From: the human T2T-CHM13v2.0 reference genome, Homo sapiens
Reading direction: 5' to 3' (one strand)
NCBI RefSeq assembly: GCF_009914755.1
Contig: NC_060947.1
Length of the DNA: 64,000 bases
Positions within the stretch are counted from its first letter, which is position 1. Every line of letters starts with the position of its first letter. This document shows, in pieces, positions 1 through 14,802 of the stretch. The notes under the pieces are model-generated. The model did not search any database and was not told the origin of the DNA. It saw only the letters and a list, made by a program, of their open reading frames with translations. The translations under genes were made by a program, and so were the position numbers.

Positions 1-210
1 GAGAGACAGGCAAATACAGAGAATCACAGTTTACTGGAGCAAAAGCTCAGGAGAAGCCCATTGCTGGATCCAGTACAAAGAGTATTACAATGTAAAAAAC
101 TGCAAATCTTATAGTTTATTTAAGATGTCCCTAGGGAAACTCAAAGACAACAAGGGAGACTAAAACAAGGACACAAAGGAAATTTTGGCCTATGGCACCT
201 ACAATGACAG

Positions 211-1841
211 TGATGGCAGCGATGGCCCATCTGGAGTGGCTGCTGCCATGATGCCCACTGCAGTGGGGGAGGCATGGCTGGGGCTGCACACTCCACAGAG
301 TTGGTGGGAGCTGGGAGCTGGCAGGAGCCCTGCCCACCCAGGTACAGCGGCAGCCACCCAAACCGCAGCTGCAGACCCGGGCATCCCTGTGCTCTTGGGG
401 GCCAGAAGCAGGCAGGAGCCCCACCCTCCCAGATGCAGCTGCAGCCACCCAAGCTGTGGCTGTGGACCCAGGCATCTCTGCATTCTTGGGAGCCTGGGAA
501 GGCCGCACTGCCCCTACAGGTTTAGAAGTGCCTGCTTCCACTGCCTGGCCCCTCCCCACTCCCAGTGACTGCTCCGATATCTGAGCAAAGTTGAGGCCGA
601 GCCCAGGCATTGTTGCAACCGGCCGGGTGTGTACACGCTCAGGGCAATGCTGACTCTGGACTTTGGGTGCCAACAAACATGGGAGGGAGGCCAAGGGGGA
701 GCTGAGGGCAGCTCAGTGCTGGCCTGCAAGCACCCTTTGGCATAAACAGCCTGGGCACCATGAACAGCGACAGGAGGTAGGCAGGAGGCAGACAGACTCC
801 AGGACAGGAAGGGGCAGGTCCCTGGTGAAGCCCCTCCTTCAAGCCGGGGAAAGCTTGAAGCCTGAAGACTGGAGTGGGAACTTGTGGTGCTTTTTCTGGG
901 CCCACCCATGGTCGCCCATAGACCAACTTGTATCCACTTCCTCCCATCTGAGGCCCCATAAAAGCCCTGGACTCAGCCAGAACAGAGGAGACGATGGGAC
1001 AATCTGAGTGAAGAGAGGGGCTACCCACTCCAGGGTTTCCTGTGTGTTGATAGCTGAGGAGACAACAGGACTACCAGCTGTGGAGAGGAGCTACCCACTG
1101 CAGGGTCTCTTCTCTGCTGAGAGCTGAACACTCATCAGGATACCCTGCCTGTGGAGAGGATCGACCCAATGCCGGTCTCCTGAGCTGCTCTGTCACTCAA
1201 TAAAGCTCCTCTTTGTCTTGCTCAACCGACACTTGTTGATGTACCTAATTATTTCCGGATGCAGGACAAGAACTTGAGACCTGCCAAATGGCGGGGCTAA
1301 AAGGGCTATAATACTAATGGGACTGAAACATGCCTCTTGCTCACCACATTGAGGGTTACAAGAAGGAGAGAACAGAAAAGGAGAGAAGAGCTGCAGCCCT
1401 TTGGGGAGCCCAGACCTAGGAGCTCCCCAAGCCAGGGCTGTGACACCCTCTCTGGGGCTCTTCAGTTCCTGGCATCTTCAAGCTTCCAGGTGCCACAGCA
1501 TTCCCTGGTGCCAGCTGTGGGAGCTGCTTGCAGTATGCCTGGTCCAGCCGTGGCCTCAACTGGAGCGGCTGCCCATGCTGGAGCCTGGAGCTACCCGTCC
1601 CGCCACAACCAGCACCCCTGGCTTTGCACAGTGGCCTGATCCCACGGTCGCATGCTCACATTCTCCTCTCCTCTCCACTCCACTAGCCCTTGGCAGGCAT
1701 GGGATCCAGGCGAGTAGCGTGAGCCAAGTGCAGCCTGCCGGGCCAAGTGGGCCCAGCAGGCCCAAGCAATCCTTGGGCAAAGGCATCACTGGCCACAGAG
1801 GTTTCCGGCTGGCAAATCGATACCCCAAGGATCTTGTGACA
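211..1841 (+). mobile_element. MER52-family (ERV1) solo LTR
   Basis: Starts TGATGGCAGC and ends GATCTTGTGACA (TG...CA). 4-bp TSD ACAG at 207-210 and 1842-1845. GC-rich, with internal direct repeats (~320-380 vs ~410-470) and AATAAA near 1199. Termini match the recalled MER52 consensus. Confidence 0.88.
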
Positions 1842-1845
1842 ACAG

Positions 1846-2700
1846 CAAAGAGTAAACACAGTATAACACTTTGCCATATTAACAAAAAACCTTAAACTAA
1901 AGGCCTATGTACCTCAGTTCCTTCTATTAATATACAGTACATTAAGACTCACTTTGAACAAAAAATTACAAGGCATACTGAAAGTAAAAAATTAAAATAA
2001 AAATCAGTTTGAAGAGACAGAGTATCAAAAGCAGCAAAAAGAGATTAAGATATGGCAGATACTTTGGAATTTTCAGACTGGAAATTTAAAATAATTATGA
2101 TTAATATGCTAAGGACTCTAATGGAAAGACAGGTGGGTAATGTAAGAAAACAGATGGGAACTCTAAAAAAGATGCAAAAAGGAATAAAACAATATAAGAT
2201 CAGTGAGATATACTTTTAATTACAAAAAGAAAACCAACATATTAAACATTTTTATTTTCATAAAGGGTTAAAAAATGTATAAATCCTGGCAAGGGATTAA
2301 AGAAAAAAGTCAAAATAATCAATATCGGCAATGTAAAGGAAATCCTCACTCCATATCCTGGAAACAGACATAATTATATAGGAAAATTATGCTAATAAAT
2401 TTGGTATTACACAAAATAAAAAAGTGCCAAGAAAAACAGAGCTTAACAAGAAAACAAGAAATCTCAATTGCCTCATGTCTCCTAAAAATTGTCTCTGCAC
2501 TGAAAACTATGTTTATAAATATATTCTATGCTGATTCCTAAAGTAATGAACTTTCCATAGAATGAGAATGAAATAACACCAATCTTTTATAAGTTCTTCC
2601 ACATAATATAATTAGTAAAAATACTTTCCAAAATGTTTCATGTGACCCTTATAAGCTTTATACTACAATGACAAGACCATTGTAAGAAAATAAAACCAGA
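1846..2700 (+). mobile_element. Ancient L1 (L1M) fragments, continuous with 1-206 across the MER52 insertion
   Basis: A-rich degenerate L1 ORF1/ORF2-like text, e.g. GAAATTTAAAATAATTATGATTAATATGCTAAGG. Subfamily not determined. Confidence 0.6.
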
Positions 2701-3176
<476 letters not shown>

Positions 3177-3517
3177 TTAAGCAGAGGACATGATTATGTA
3201 AGCACCATAATATATACAAAGAAACCAGATGACAAAATTTACCATTTAAGTATCATTTTTTAAAAAACTCAGAAAACCTTAGTAAATACCATAATTAGTG
3301 GTGAAAGATTTACAACATCCCCTTGAGATCATAAAAGAGGTAAGAATGCCTACTATAACAAGTTCTATTCAACATTTTAGGTAGGTCATAGCCAGAACAT
3401 TAAATGCAAGAAAAAATATGCATAAAGATTGAAAGAAACAAAATAAAACCTCCTTTATTCACAGATCAAATGATTATGTTTCCAGGTTATTGAGAAGCAG
3501 TCTATAAGTAATAGAGA

Positions 3518-3902
3518 CTTTTTTGTTAATTTTTAATTTCTGTGGGTACACAGTAGGTATATATATTTATGAGGTCCATGAGATGTTTTGATAGAGGCAT
3601 ACAAAATGTAATAATCACATCAGGGAAAATGGGGTATCCATAACTTCAAGCATTTATCCTTTATGTTACAAACGATTAAATTAAACTCTTTTAGTTAAAA
3701 GTGTACAATTAAACTATTATTTACTATTCTCCCTTCCCCTCTCCACACTCTATTACCCTTCTCAGTCTCTTGTAACCATCATTCTACTCTTTATGTTCAT
3801 GAGTTCAATTGTTTTAATCGTTAGTTCCCACAAATAACTGAGAACATGCGAAATTTATCTTTCTGTGCTTGGTTTCTTTCTCTTAACATAACGACCTCCA
3901 GT
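3518..3902 (-). mobile_element. L1MA-type 3' end fragment
   Basis: Reverse complement resembles the L1 3' end at ~43050-43420 (CAAGCATTTATCCTTTATGTTACAAAC is shared). Absent at the paralogous site in copy C (~16560). Confidence 0.8.
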
Positions 3903-3975
3903 TAGTGAGTTCTGCAAGACAACTGAATTCCATAGTTAAGCCCAAAGACATTTTTTTCTGAGAATAGTAATTCTT

Positions 3976-4307
<332 letters not shown>

Positions 4308-4873
4308 TGAGAATAGTAATTCTTACTAAATTTTTTATACACATCATAAGAACAGAACAAAAACCCTAACAACACAAGGTATTATTTTAAAGATTTGTTT
4401 TTAGATACTTACAAGCTAAAATTCAAAAGTCATTATAACCCTAAACTTTGTTGTCATTTTTTCTGATATCATGGTAACAAAGGCACCTGACTATATGATT
4501 AACTTCACAATAAAGTTGATATTAAATCCTAGTGGAACAAAAAAAACATTCATTGTGACTATTTTACTTATGGCCTCTAGGATAATGATTTCACTGAGTA
4601 ATTAAAGGTCAGGTATTTATAAATGTTTCACTACTATATTAAATTACTTTCTCAACATAAATTATATATTTTCTTATTTCTTTTCTTTCTCTTTTCTGTT
4701 TCTGGATTTAAATGTAACTTCTTACCTGTTCTGTACTGCCTTACCAAAGGGGAAAAAAAAAAGCAAAGTACATCTTTCAAGAAAACTATTAGTGATATGC
4801 CTTCATCTCACTCTTTGATTTTTCCTTTATTAATTATCAATTTTTCATGTGCCCGGTATAAATTATTTTTTTA

Positions 4874-5214
<341 letters not shown>

Positions 5215-7974
5215 CTGCAATTGCATATTGCTTCACAGAAATAACCATGATTAGCAGTAAGGTGTGTAAATGAAAAGTTGTATACAAAGTATTTACACAT
5301 GTAAAATATTTATATACTTGTGCATGCAAGTGAAATAAAGTACAATTTGGTTCCTTTTATATTTGAAATATGTCTTTGTGATATCTTCTGCAAGTATACA
5401 AGATTTACCCGATTGGATATAAAAGTTACATAGTATTCATCATATTAATACAGTGTATGTTATTTAGAAACTATTTGTTTTGCCTTTTTGTGTCCATACT
5501 TTTATGCACACATTTAAGAAGCTCTGTCAGATATCGTTATAGAAAGGCAATTATTGCACAAAAAAGTAGACAAATTTAAAACATTGTTAAAATATACCAA
5601 ATTAATTTCAAATACCCAGGACCATTTTATACTATTCCACGACTTGTATTAATATAAGAAAGAATATGTTATTTATTTAATTTCCACTAAGCATTTAGCA
5701 TATTTAATATACTAATTGCCAATTCGTGATTATTTTTGTGTATATCCTTGGTGCATTTTACTGATTCCATTTGTTAATGAGACTACCATTTCATAATTAC
5801 TTGAATACCAAAATGGTTATATATTAAGCATACACATATGCACAAACTCTTGTTGCTTTCACTTATGTTCTGTATATTTCTCGTTACTTGATTGATTCTG
5901 TATAAATATATGGCATATAAATCACCTCACCTGTAAAATTATCAATGAATAATTATATTGTATATTAGTTAAGTACAGCATACATAAAATATTTTGCTAT
6001 AGGTAATACAAGAAAAATATTGATATTTTGGCTTTTTGTTTTTCACGTGAGTTTATTTTGCTTTGTCTTGTTGCTCTTATCAATCGAATGAGTTATCTTT
6101 TAATTTAAATGAGAAAATTTGGATTGATGAAATAGCTATTGAAGTTTTAAATGACATTAGTAAACTGTATATTTGATAACTATATGAAGTATAGAAAATA
6201 TCAGTGAACAAATGTATACCAACTGAAAACTTTAAAGGAATAAAGATACATACATTCCTAAGCAGGATGATTTCAGTGACGGCTGCTTGCCCAACAGAAC
6301 CCGTGGTGAAGCAGAACAAGCACACCAGCACCTTTCCAATGCTTAAAGAGGAAATAGTCAAGCCAGAATTCTACATCCGGTAAAATCACACTCTCAAATT
6401 GTGAGTGAAATAAGATACAATCACATAAACAAACCTCAGACAATTTGTTTCTAGCCAAACAGTAATATGCATAATGCAACAAGAAGTTCTTCTGAACAAA
6501 GAGAATAGATACCTGATAGAAACTGGGAACTTCAGGAAGGAGTGAAGACGACTTGAGAGAAATACTTGGAAAAATATTACAAACAATTTTTTTCTATTAT
6601 TTCATTAAAAGACAAATGGCACTTAAAAATAGTAAGCAGAATTGAAGATGGAAAATATGTGCAAAATTCATTAAACCGTAAGGTTAAGATCTGTGCCCTT
6701 AATGTGTTTTAACTCCTTTACCAAAATTATGAGGCAAGTGTAAATTATAAGTATTCAGTTTTTAATAAAACATTTACATGAAATATATGACAAAAGGAGA
6801 ACAAAGGAAAAGGGGAATAAATGTAATTGTACTGTTGTGAAGTTACATTTACACAAAGTGATATGATCCTAACTAGAACTCAACCAAGATAAGTAAAGGA
6901 TTCATATGAGAGCCCTTTCAGCAATGACTGAACATAATACAAAGTGATATAAAAAACATTCTGGTTACTATTGCTGCATAACAAATTACCCCAAAAAATA
7001 TTGTCAATAACATATTCCACATTTGCTTGCTTGTTTTTCATTAGGCTATACTTCAATAATATATTTCTACCATATACTGTAATTCACACCTGGCACATGT
7101 TGGGAACTAGGGAAACACAGGTTATCAATGACAAAAATTTAATTAGGGTACAATAAATTATGACAGAAAAGCCCCACTGCTTGGATAGATCATTTCCATA
7201 ATGATTTTATTTTACTGACAAAAATATTAAATTAATACCCTGTCCCCTCCCCCACCAAAAGAAGGCTACAATTAAAATTACTAACCATAACAAGGATGTA
7301 GAACAACTGCAACTCATACTGCTGATAGGATGGAGAACAGTACAATCACATTGCAAGACGCTTTGGCATGACCTAAAAAAATTAAATATACACCTCTCAA
7401 GTGCTCCAGCCATTCCTTTCCTTGATTTTTACTGAAAACAAAGACAAACCAACAAAAAATCCAACGTATATGTTGATACAAAGGCTTGTGCAAAAATGTT
7501 CAGAGCATATGAATGGTGGAAGAGCTTGGGCAGGAATAGAAAGGAGAGATACAGTGGCAAACAAGACACTTGGTGAGGGGGAATGAACATTAACATTATC
7601 TTTATTGTGGTGATGGTTTCGTAAATATATACATATCTCAAAACATAATGTTAAAGTGGTTCAGTTTATTTTAAATCAATTATACTTAACTGAAATTACT
7701 AGAAATTGTGTGGATGCATCAAAACATGGGCATAAAATAAAATTCATGCCATTTACGCAAAAGAGGAAATCCTGACAATTTAAGATCTGGTAATACACTT
7801 CACAGAATTGGAAAGTAAAGCAGGGATACAAACCAAACTTGAAATAAAAATAAAAATTATTATTATTTAATCAAACCAAAGAAATATTAAATATAAAGTG
7901 GTAGACAATACTAAAAGGGTTTTTTTAAAGAAAAAAATGATAAATCCTGTCAAGAGTGATCAAAATCAAAGAAT

Positions 7975-8045
7975 ACCACCACCACCACCACCACCAACAC
8001 TGCCACCACCACCACCACCATCACCACCACCATCATCACCACTCC
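7975..8045. repeat. (CAC)n trinucleotide microsatellite
   Basis: Imperfect ACCACCACC run seen directly. Confidence 0.95.
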
Positions 8046-8421
8046 AACAGTAATATAAAACGATTCTCGCCATGAATCCTGGAGACAAATATATTATATT
8101 ATAATCAAATTCATGCCAATAAAATAGAAATTACTGTATCACACAAAAAAACACCACTTAACAAACAGATAAATTGGGAAGTCTTCGTAATTCTTTATTT
8201 ATTAAATAAAATGTATCTATACTGGTCCTGGTGCCTAAATTCCTGATCTTTTCCATGTAACTGAGAAAGATACAACCAATCTTACACAACCTCTTCTGTA
8301 GGAAAATAACTGTCAAAACACTCCCAAATGTATTATGAGACCCCTATAAAGTATATATATACTTATCAGTTCAGTATTATACTGAACTGATAAGAAAATT
8401 ATGCATAAAGAATATCAAAAG

Positions 8422-8649
8422 GTTTTGTTGTTGTTGTTTTTTGTTTGTTTTTTGTTTTTGAGACATGGTCTCTGTCACCCAGGCTGGATCACAGTGGAGC
8501 CATCATAGCTCACTGTAACCTCGAACTGCTGGGCTCAAGCGTTCCTCTCACCTCAGCCTCCCAAGTAGCTGGGACTACAGGCACATGCCACGACATCCTG
8601 CTAATTGTTTAGTTTTGGGATTACAGATGTGAGCCATCACACCCAGCCA
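8422..8649 (-). mobile_element. Internally deleted old Alu (AluJ-like)
   Basis: Antisense right arm joined to the Alu 5' end (GGGATTACAGATGTGAGCCA); flanked by AAAAGGTTTT on both sides. Confidence 0.85.
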
Positions 8650-9639
8650 TATAAAAGGTTTTTATGCCTCATGACAAAATGTAAACAGTGAATAAATAAA
8701 TAAAATGTAAAACTTATGTTTTACAAACAGAACAAAGATACTTCAACCATAATACCCTGTGAACAAAATGTGTTTCATCCAGGAAAGAATTTTTGTTGCC
8801 TTATCATCACGAAATCAAGTCATTTTGGCAGACAAAGGAGTAAAATCATGTCGCTATCACAATAAAGAGAAACCTTTTTATGGAATTTATTATTCATTTA
8901 TGACTTTCCAAAACTCACGAAACTGCAGCAAGTGTCATACATATTGATGAATTACTAAAAACCATCCCCTGAAATAAGAAAAGAGGTAAGAATGCCTACT
9001 ATCACCAGATCTATTCAACATTTTATAGAGGTCATAGCTAGGACAATAGTGCCAAAAAAAAAAAAAAAAAAAAGAAAAGAAAAAAGAAAGAAAGAAAAGA
9101 AAAAGAAAAAGGAAAAAAAAAGGCATAAAGATTGGAAAGTAAAAAAATTTCCAAAAATGCAGATATTAGCCTTTCACACTTCATGATTGGCAGTGAAGTG
9201 TGTGTATGAGCAGATATGCATATAAATATTAACACACCTGATGTATTTATACACATGTATAGGAATGTGAAATAAATTAAAATTTACTTTCTTTTTTCAA
9301 CAATAATACAACTTGGATATATCTTATGCAAGTATATAATGAACTACCTGATTGGTTATAAAGCTACACAATAGTCATAGTATAAACAGAATATAATTTA
9401 CTTAAAAATCAATCTTTTGTCATTTTTAACCAAATTTTTATGCATCTTTGTAGACTATAGTCGTAGAAAGAAAATTACTGTTTTTAAGGGCAGGGAAATT
9501 TTAAAATTTGCTTTAAAATGCCAATTTATTTTCCAAAAACCTAGTATCACTTTTTCCTCCCTCAAAAATTTGGCATCAAGATAAAAAGAATAATTTCATA
9601 TTTAACATACTAATTATCAATCATATTTAATATAACTGA

Positions 9640-10078
9640 ATCAGACATCTATGATTGCACAGCCTCTGCAACAATCAGCCTGTGAAGCCAAAATATAAAG
9701 TCTGCAGCAATAGAACCCAAACAGTGAGGACCTGGCCAATAACTGTCAACATCCCTAAATTTTGCCCCTGCTTCTAACTTAGGACCAATCAGAAGAACCC
9801 CAAAATGTTCCCCTACCAGTCATTTAGTATGTTCACACTTCTAGTTAGCATGCCACCAGCTTTCCCATGCCAACAACTTCGGATTGGCACATACCTGAAG
9901 CCTTCCCTTTTTTCCACCATAAGCTTTAATATTCCCATAAGGGAAGCTTCTCAACTTCCCTGCCTGCCTTTGAGTCTCCACCAAATACAAAAGATAGTGG
10001 CTGGCTCCCTTGTTATAGCAAGCTCTGAATAAATAGCTTTTTCTTGTTCTCATTTGGACAGTCTTCACTTATTTCCAA
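9640..10078 (+). mobile_element. ERV-type LTR fragment, family not determined
   Basis: CCAATC boxes, AATAAA at ~10028, LTR-like U5 end. Present only in duplication copy B. Confidence 0.6.
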
Positions 10079-11324
10079 AATTGTTTGATGTATTTTACTA
10101 TTCCATTTGTTAGTCTATTATTTCATAAATATTTGAAATACCAAAATATTATACATGAAGCCTATTGTATACATTTATTCTTGTTATAGTCACAAATACA
10201 CGCACACATGCATATATAGCCTGTTAAGAATAATATTAAGAATATTCCAATATGTATTATATTAATATAAACCACCTTAGATATATATCTACCAAACTTG
10301 AATGTTATTGCATGTTAAAACTACTATAGACATAAAATATTTTAAGTAAAATGTATCACTTCATTATTGTTTAACATGAATTATATCTGTTCTCATACAA
10401 TTTCTCATGTATGTCAAAATTTGCATTAAATTGATGACTGAAATAAAACAGTTTTGATATTTTCCATGGGAAAGTGCATAACACTTTAATTTATATATAA
10501 TGAGTGCAGATATTTGTGTATATTTTAATTAGAAATAAAAGTTGGTTATTTTGGCTTTTGCCAAACATTTTTTTCATGAGACTTATTTTGTTTCTTTTTC
10601 TTTCGCTTTGCTTTGTTGCTACTGTCTATCCATAAATTATTTTATCTTATATAAATGGAAAAATTTGGATTGATAAAATTTAAGCTATATTATAGTGTAA
10701 CTCCATTATTGCTAAAATAGCTATAAAACTTTTCAAGTATTACATTAGTAAACATTATAACATTTATTATATCTCATATAAATTGAACATCTGTCAAATA
10801 TAAAGATTAGTGAAGTATATAATTATATGCCCCCAAAACTTCTGAAAAAGAAAGTGTATTACCTACTAAGAATGATGATTTAAATGATGGCTGCCTTTTC
10901 AAAAGAATCTTTGGATAAAGGAAGAAAATGGAGAAGTAACTTTCTAATTCTGAAATAAAAAAGAATTATTGATCTACCAAAATTATCCTTCCCAGCTCAG
11001 AGTGAAATAAGACAGAGGCACATAAAAAAAGCCTTCAATTTGTCCCTGTCCAAGCAATAATACATCATGCTGCAGGAGGGAGAAAAAACCTAAAGGGAAA
11101 AAACACCTTAGTAGAAAACTACGGAATGGAAGGAAGAGCACTAGGTAGGGAAAATACATAGATAAATACAAAATACTACTTTTTTCTATGATTTCTTTTT
11201 AAAAAGCTGATTCCTTGATGTAAAAATTATAAATAGCATTTTAAATGTAAAATACATAATTTCCAAAATGTATCAAATCTGAAAGTTTAAGTTCTGTGCA
11301 CTGTGAATAAACAATATATTTAAT

Positions 11325-12290
11325 TAAGACTTGAAACTATAAAAATCCTAGAAGAAAACCTAGGACAAACTCTTCAGGACATTGGCCTATGCAAAGAATT
11401 TATGGCTAGGAACATAAAAGCAAATGCAACACAAACAAAAATAGAGAAATGGGACTTAATCAAACTAAAAAGCCTTGCCACAGCAAAAGAAATAATAGAC
11501 AGAGTAAACAGACAACCTAAAGAATGGGAGAAAATATTTGTAAAGACAGAAGACTAATATCTAGAATCTACAAGGCACTCAAACAACTCAATAAGAAAAG
11601 AAAAAGCAAATAAGGCCATTAAAAAGTAGGCACATGACAGGAGCAGACATTTCTCAAAAGAAGACATACAAGCAACCAAAAAACATGTAAAAAATGCTTA
11701 ACATCCCTAATCATCAGAGAAATGCAAATTAAAACCACAATGAAATACCATCACACAGCAGTCAGAATGGCTATTATTAACAAGGCGAAAAAACAATAGA
11801 TGTTGGCAAGGATGCAGAGAAAATGGAACGCTTATACACTGCTGGTGGGAATGTAAATTTGTACAACCTCTATGGAAAACACTACGGAGATCTCTCAAAG
11901 AACTAAAAATAGAACTGCCATGTGACCCAGCAACTTCACTATCTACCCAAAGGAAAAGGAATTGTTATAGCAAAAAGACATGTACATGTGTATGTTTATT
12001 GCGGCACTCTTCACAATAGCAAAGTAATGGAATCAGCCCAAGTGTCTTCTCGCTTGTAAATGGGAGCTAAACAATGGGTACACATAGACACACAGAGGGG
12101 AAAATAAGGACACTGGGGACTCCAAAAGTGGGGAGGCTGGAGGGGGGAGTATGGGTTGAAAAACTGCCTATTGGGTACAATGTTCCCTATTCAAGTGATA
12201 GGCACACTACAAGCATAAACCCCACCACTATGCAATATATCCACGTAACAAATCTGCACCTATATGCTCTGAATCTATTAAAAAAGAAAT
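11325..12290 (+). mobile_element. L1PB-like 3' fragment (ORF2 C-terminus and 3'UTR) with internal deletions
   Basis: Recognisable L1 ORF2 text (CTAGAAGAAAACCTAGG, CAGAGAAATGCAAATTAAAACCACAATG) and an L1PB-type 3' end (CACCACTATGCAATATATCCACGTAACAA). Confidence 0.85.
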
Positions 12291-12875
12291 AGATTATACC
12301 TAGCACTGTATCACTAAAAAAATCTAAATAAATAAATAAACACATTAATGTATATACATTGGATTTAGTTGTAAATAAATACACACATTTGATACATGAT
12401 TACAAATACACATATAAAAGTAATTGAAGAAAATGGGCAAAAATAAATTATACGTAATCAACTTAAGTTTTTTAAAAAATATTTAAATAAAATATTAAAC
12501 ATAAGAGCAAAAAGTAAGGGAGAATAAATAGATTCATCCTATTGTGAAGCTTCATATACATAAATTGGCACTATCTTAACTGTAAGTAGACCAAGGTAAG
12601 TAAAAGATTCCTATGCTAATCCCTAGGGTAACCAGCAAACACAATACAAATAGGTATAGATAATATTCTAGCCATTACTGAAACATAATTACTACAAAAT
12701 GTATCTTCTGTAATATACTCCATATTTACTTGTCTGTTTTGCATTAGGCTGTACCTCAATAATGTACCTGTGTTTACATACCCAGCACATGTAAGAAACC
12801 AGATCATTTAGACAACCAATAAAATAACTAAATTGTAGGATACTAATCAAATTATGAGAGAAAAGACACACTCTA

Positions 12876-13259
<384 letters not shown>

Positions 13260-13837
13260 CTATACAATGAAAAACAATTAAAACTAAAACATATTCCAAA
13301 AAAACAGTATATGGAGAGATGTCTGCTTCCATGGTAATGCAGCCAGTTTAGCTCAACCATTCTGCTGAGAAAAACTAGGAGAGCTGGAAGATATTAAACA
13401 TATTGTTTGTAGGTATCACAAGTCCAAAGAAACAAGCATTTGAAGAGACTGAATCTCAGAAGAGAAGCCCACGTGGTGAGACCCAACTTTGGTACCGTTT
13501 TCTCCACAAGCTTTTTGGTGATTCAAAGAAGATGACTGAGAAACTAAAATACTTACAACAAAGTTGCGGCTGAAAAGCTAAGCAGCTGATCAGGATTTCC
13601 AGCAGAATCACCAGCCCAAGGGACACAAATTGGGTTTATGGCCCACCCTGGCAGAAAGGATGTGGTAAACAACAGCGATGAATTTGACATCCTTAAGAGG
13701 CTATACTCTAACTGTCAATATGACCCCAAAACACAAAACTACTCACAAATCTGAGACCCAGCTTCAAAAGACTCAATACCTAACTGCCTCCCAAAAGCAA
13801 AATAAAATGCTCCATGGAGAAAGATAAAATCACCCAG

Positions 13838-14129
13838 AACTGGGTGCAGTGGTTCACACCTGTAACTCCAGAACTTTGGGAGGCTGAGGTGGGAGGACTG
13901 CTTGAGACCAGGAGTTCGAGACCAGCCTGGGCAATATAGGGAGACCCCATCTCTACAAAATTTTAACAAATTAGTTGGGCATGGTGGCACATGCCTGTTA
14001 TTCTAGCTGCACAGGAGGCTGAGATGGCTGAATCACATGAGCCCAGGAGTTTGAGGCTGCAGTGAGCTATAATTGCATTGCTACATTCCAGCCTGGGCGA
14101 CACAGGACTTTGCCTCAAAAAAAAAAAAA
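13838..14129 (+). mobile_element. Alu (AluJ-type)
   Basis: AluJ-like right arm (GAGCCCAGGAGTTTGAGGCTGCAGTGAGCT); TSD AAAATCACC(C/T)AG. Confidence 0.9.
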
Positions 14130-14159
14130 ATCACCTAGAACCTCCAATTATCACTATAA

Positions 14160-14472
<313 letters not shown>

Positions 14473-14478
14473 ATTTCA

Positions 14479-14802
<324 letters not shown>

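Noticed and set aside
131-1895. Overlapping 100-187 aa ORFs on both strands
   Set aside because: All lie within the GC-rich MER52 LTR; no recognisable protein motifs; expected from low stop-codon density.
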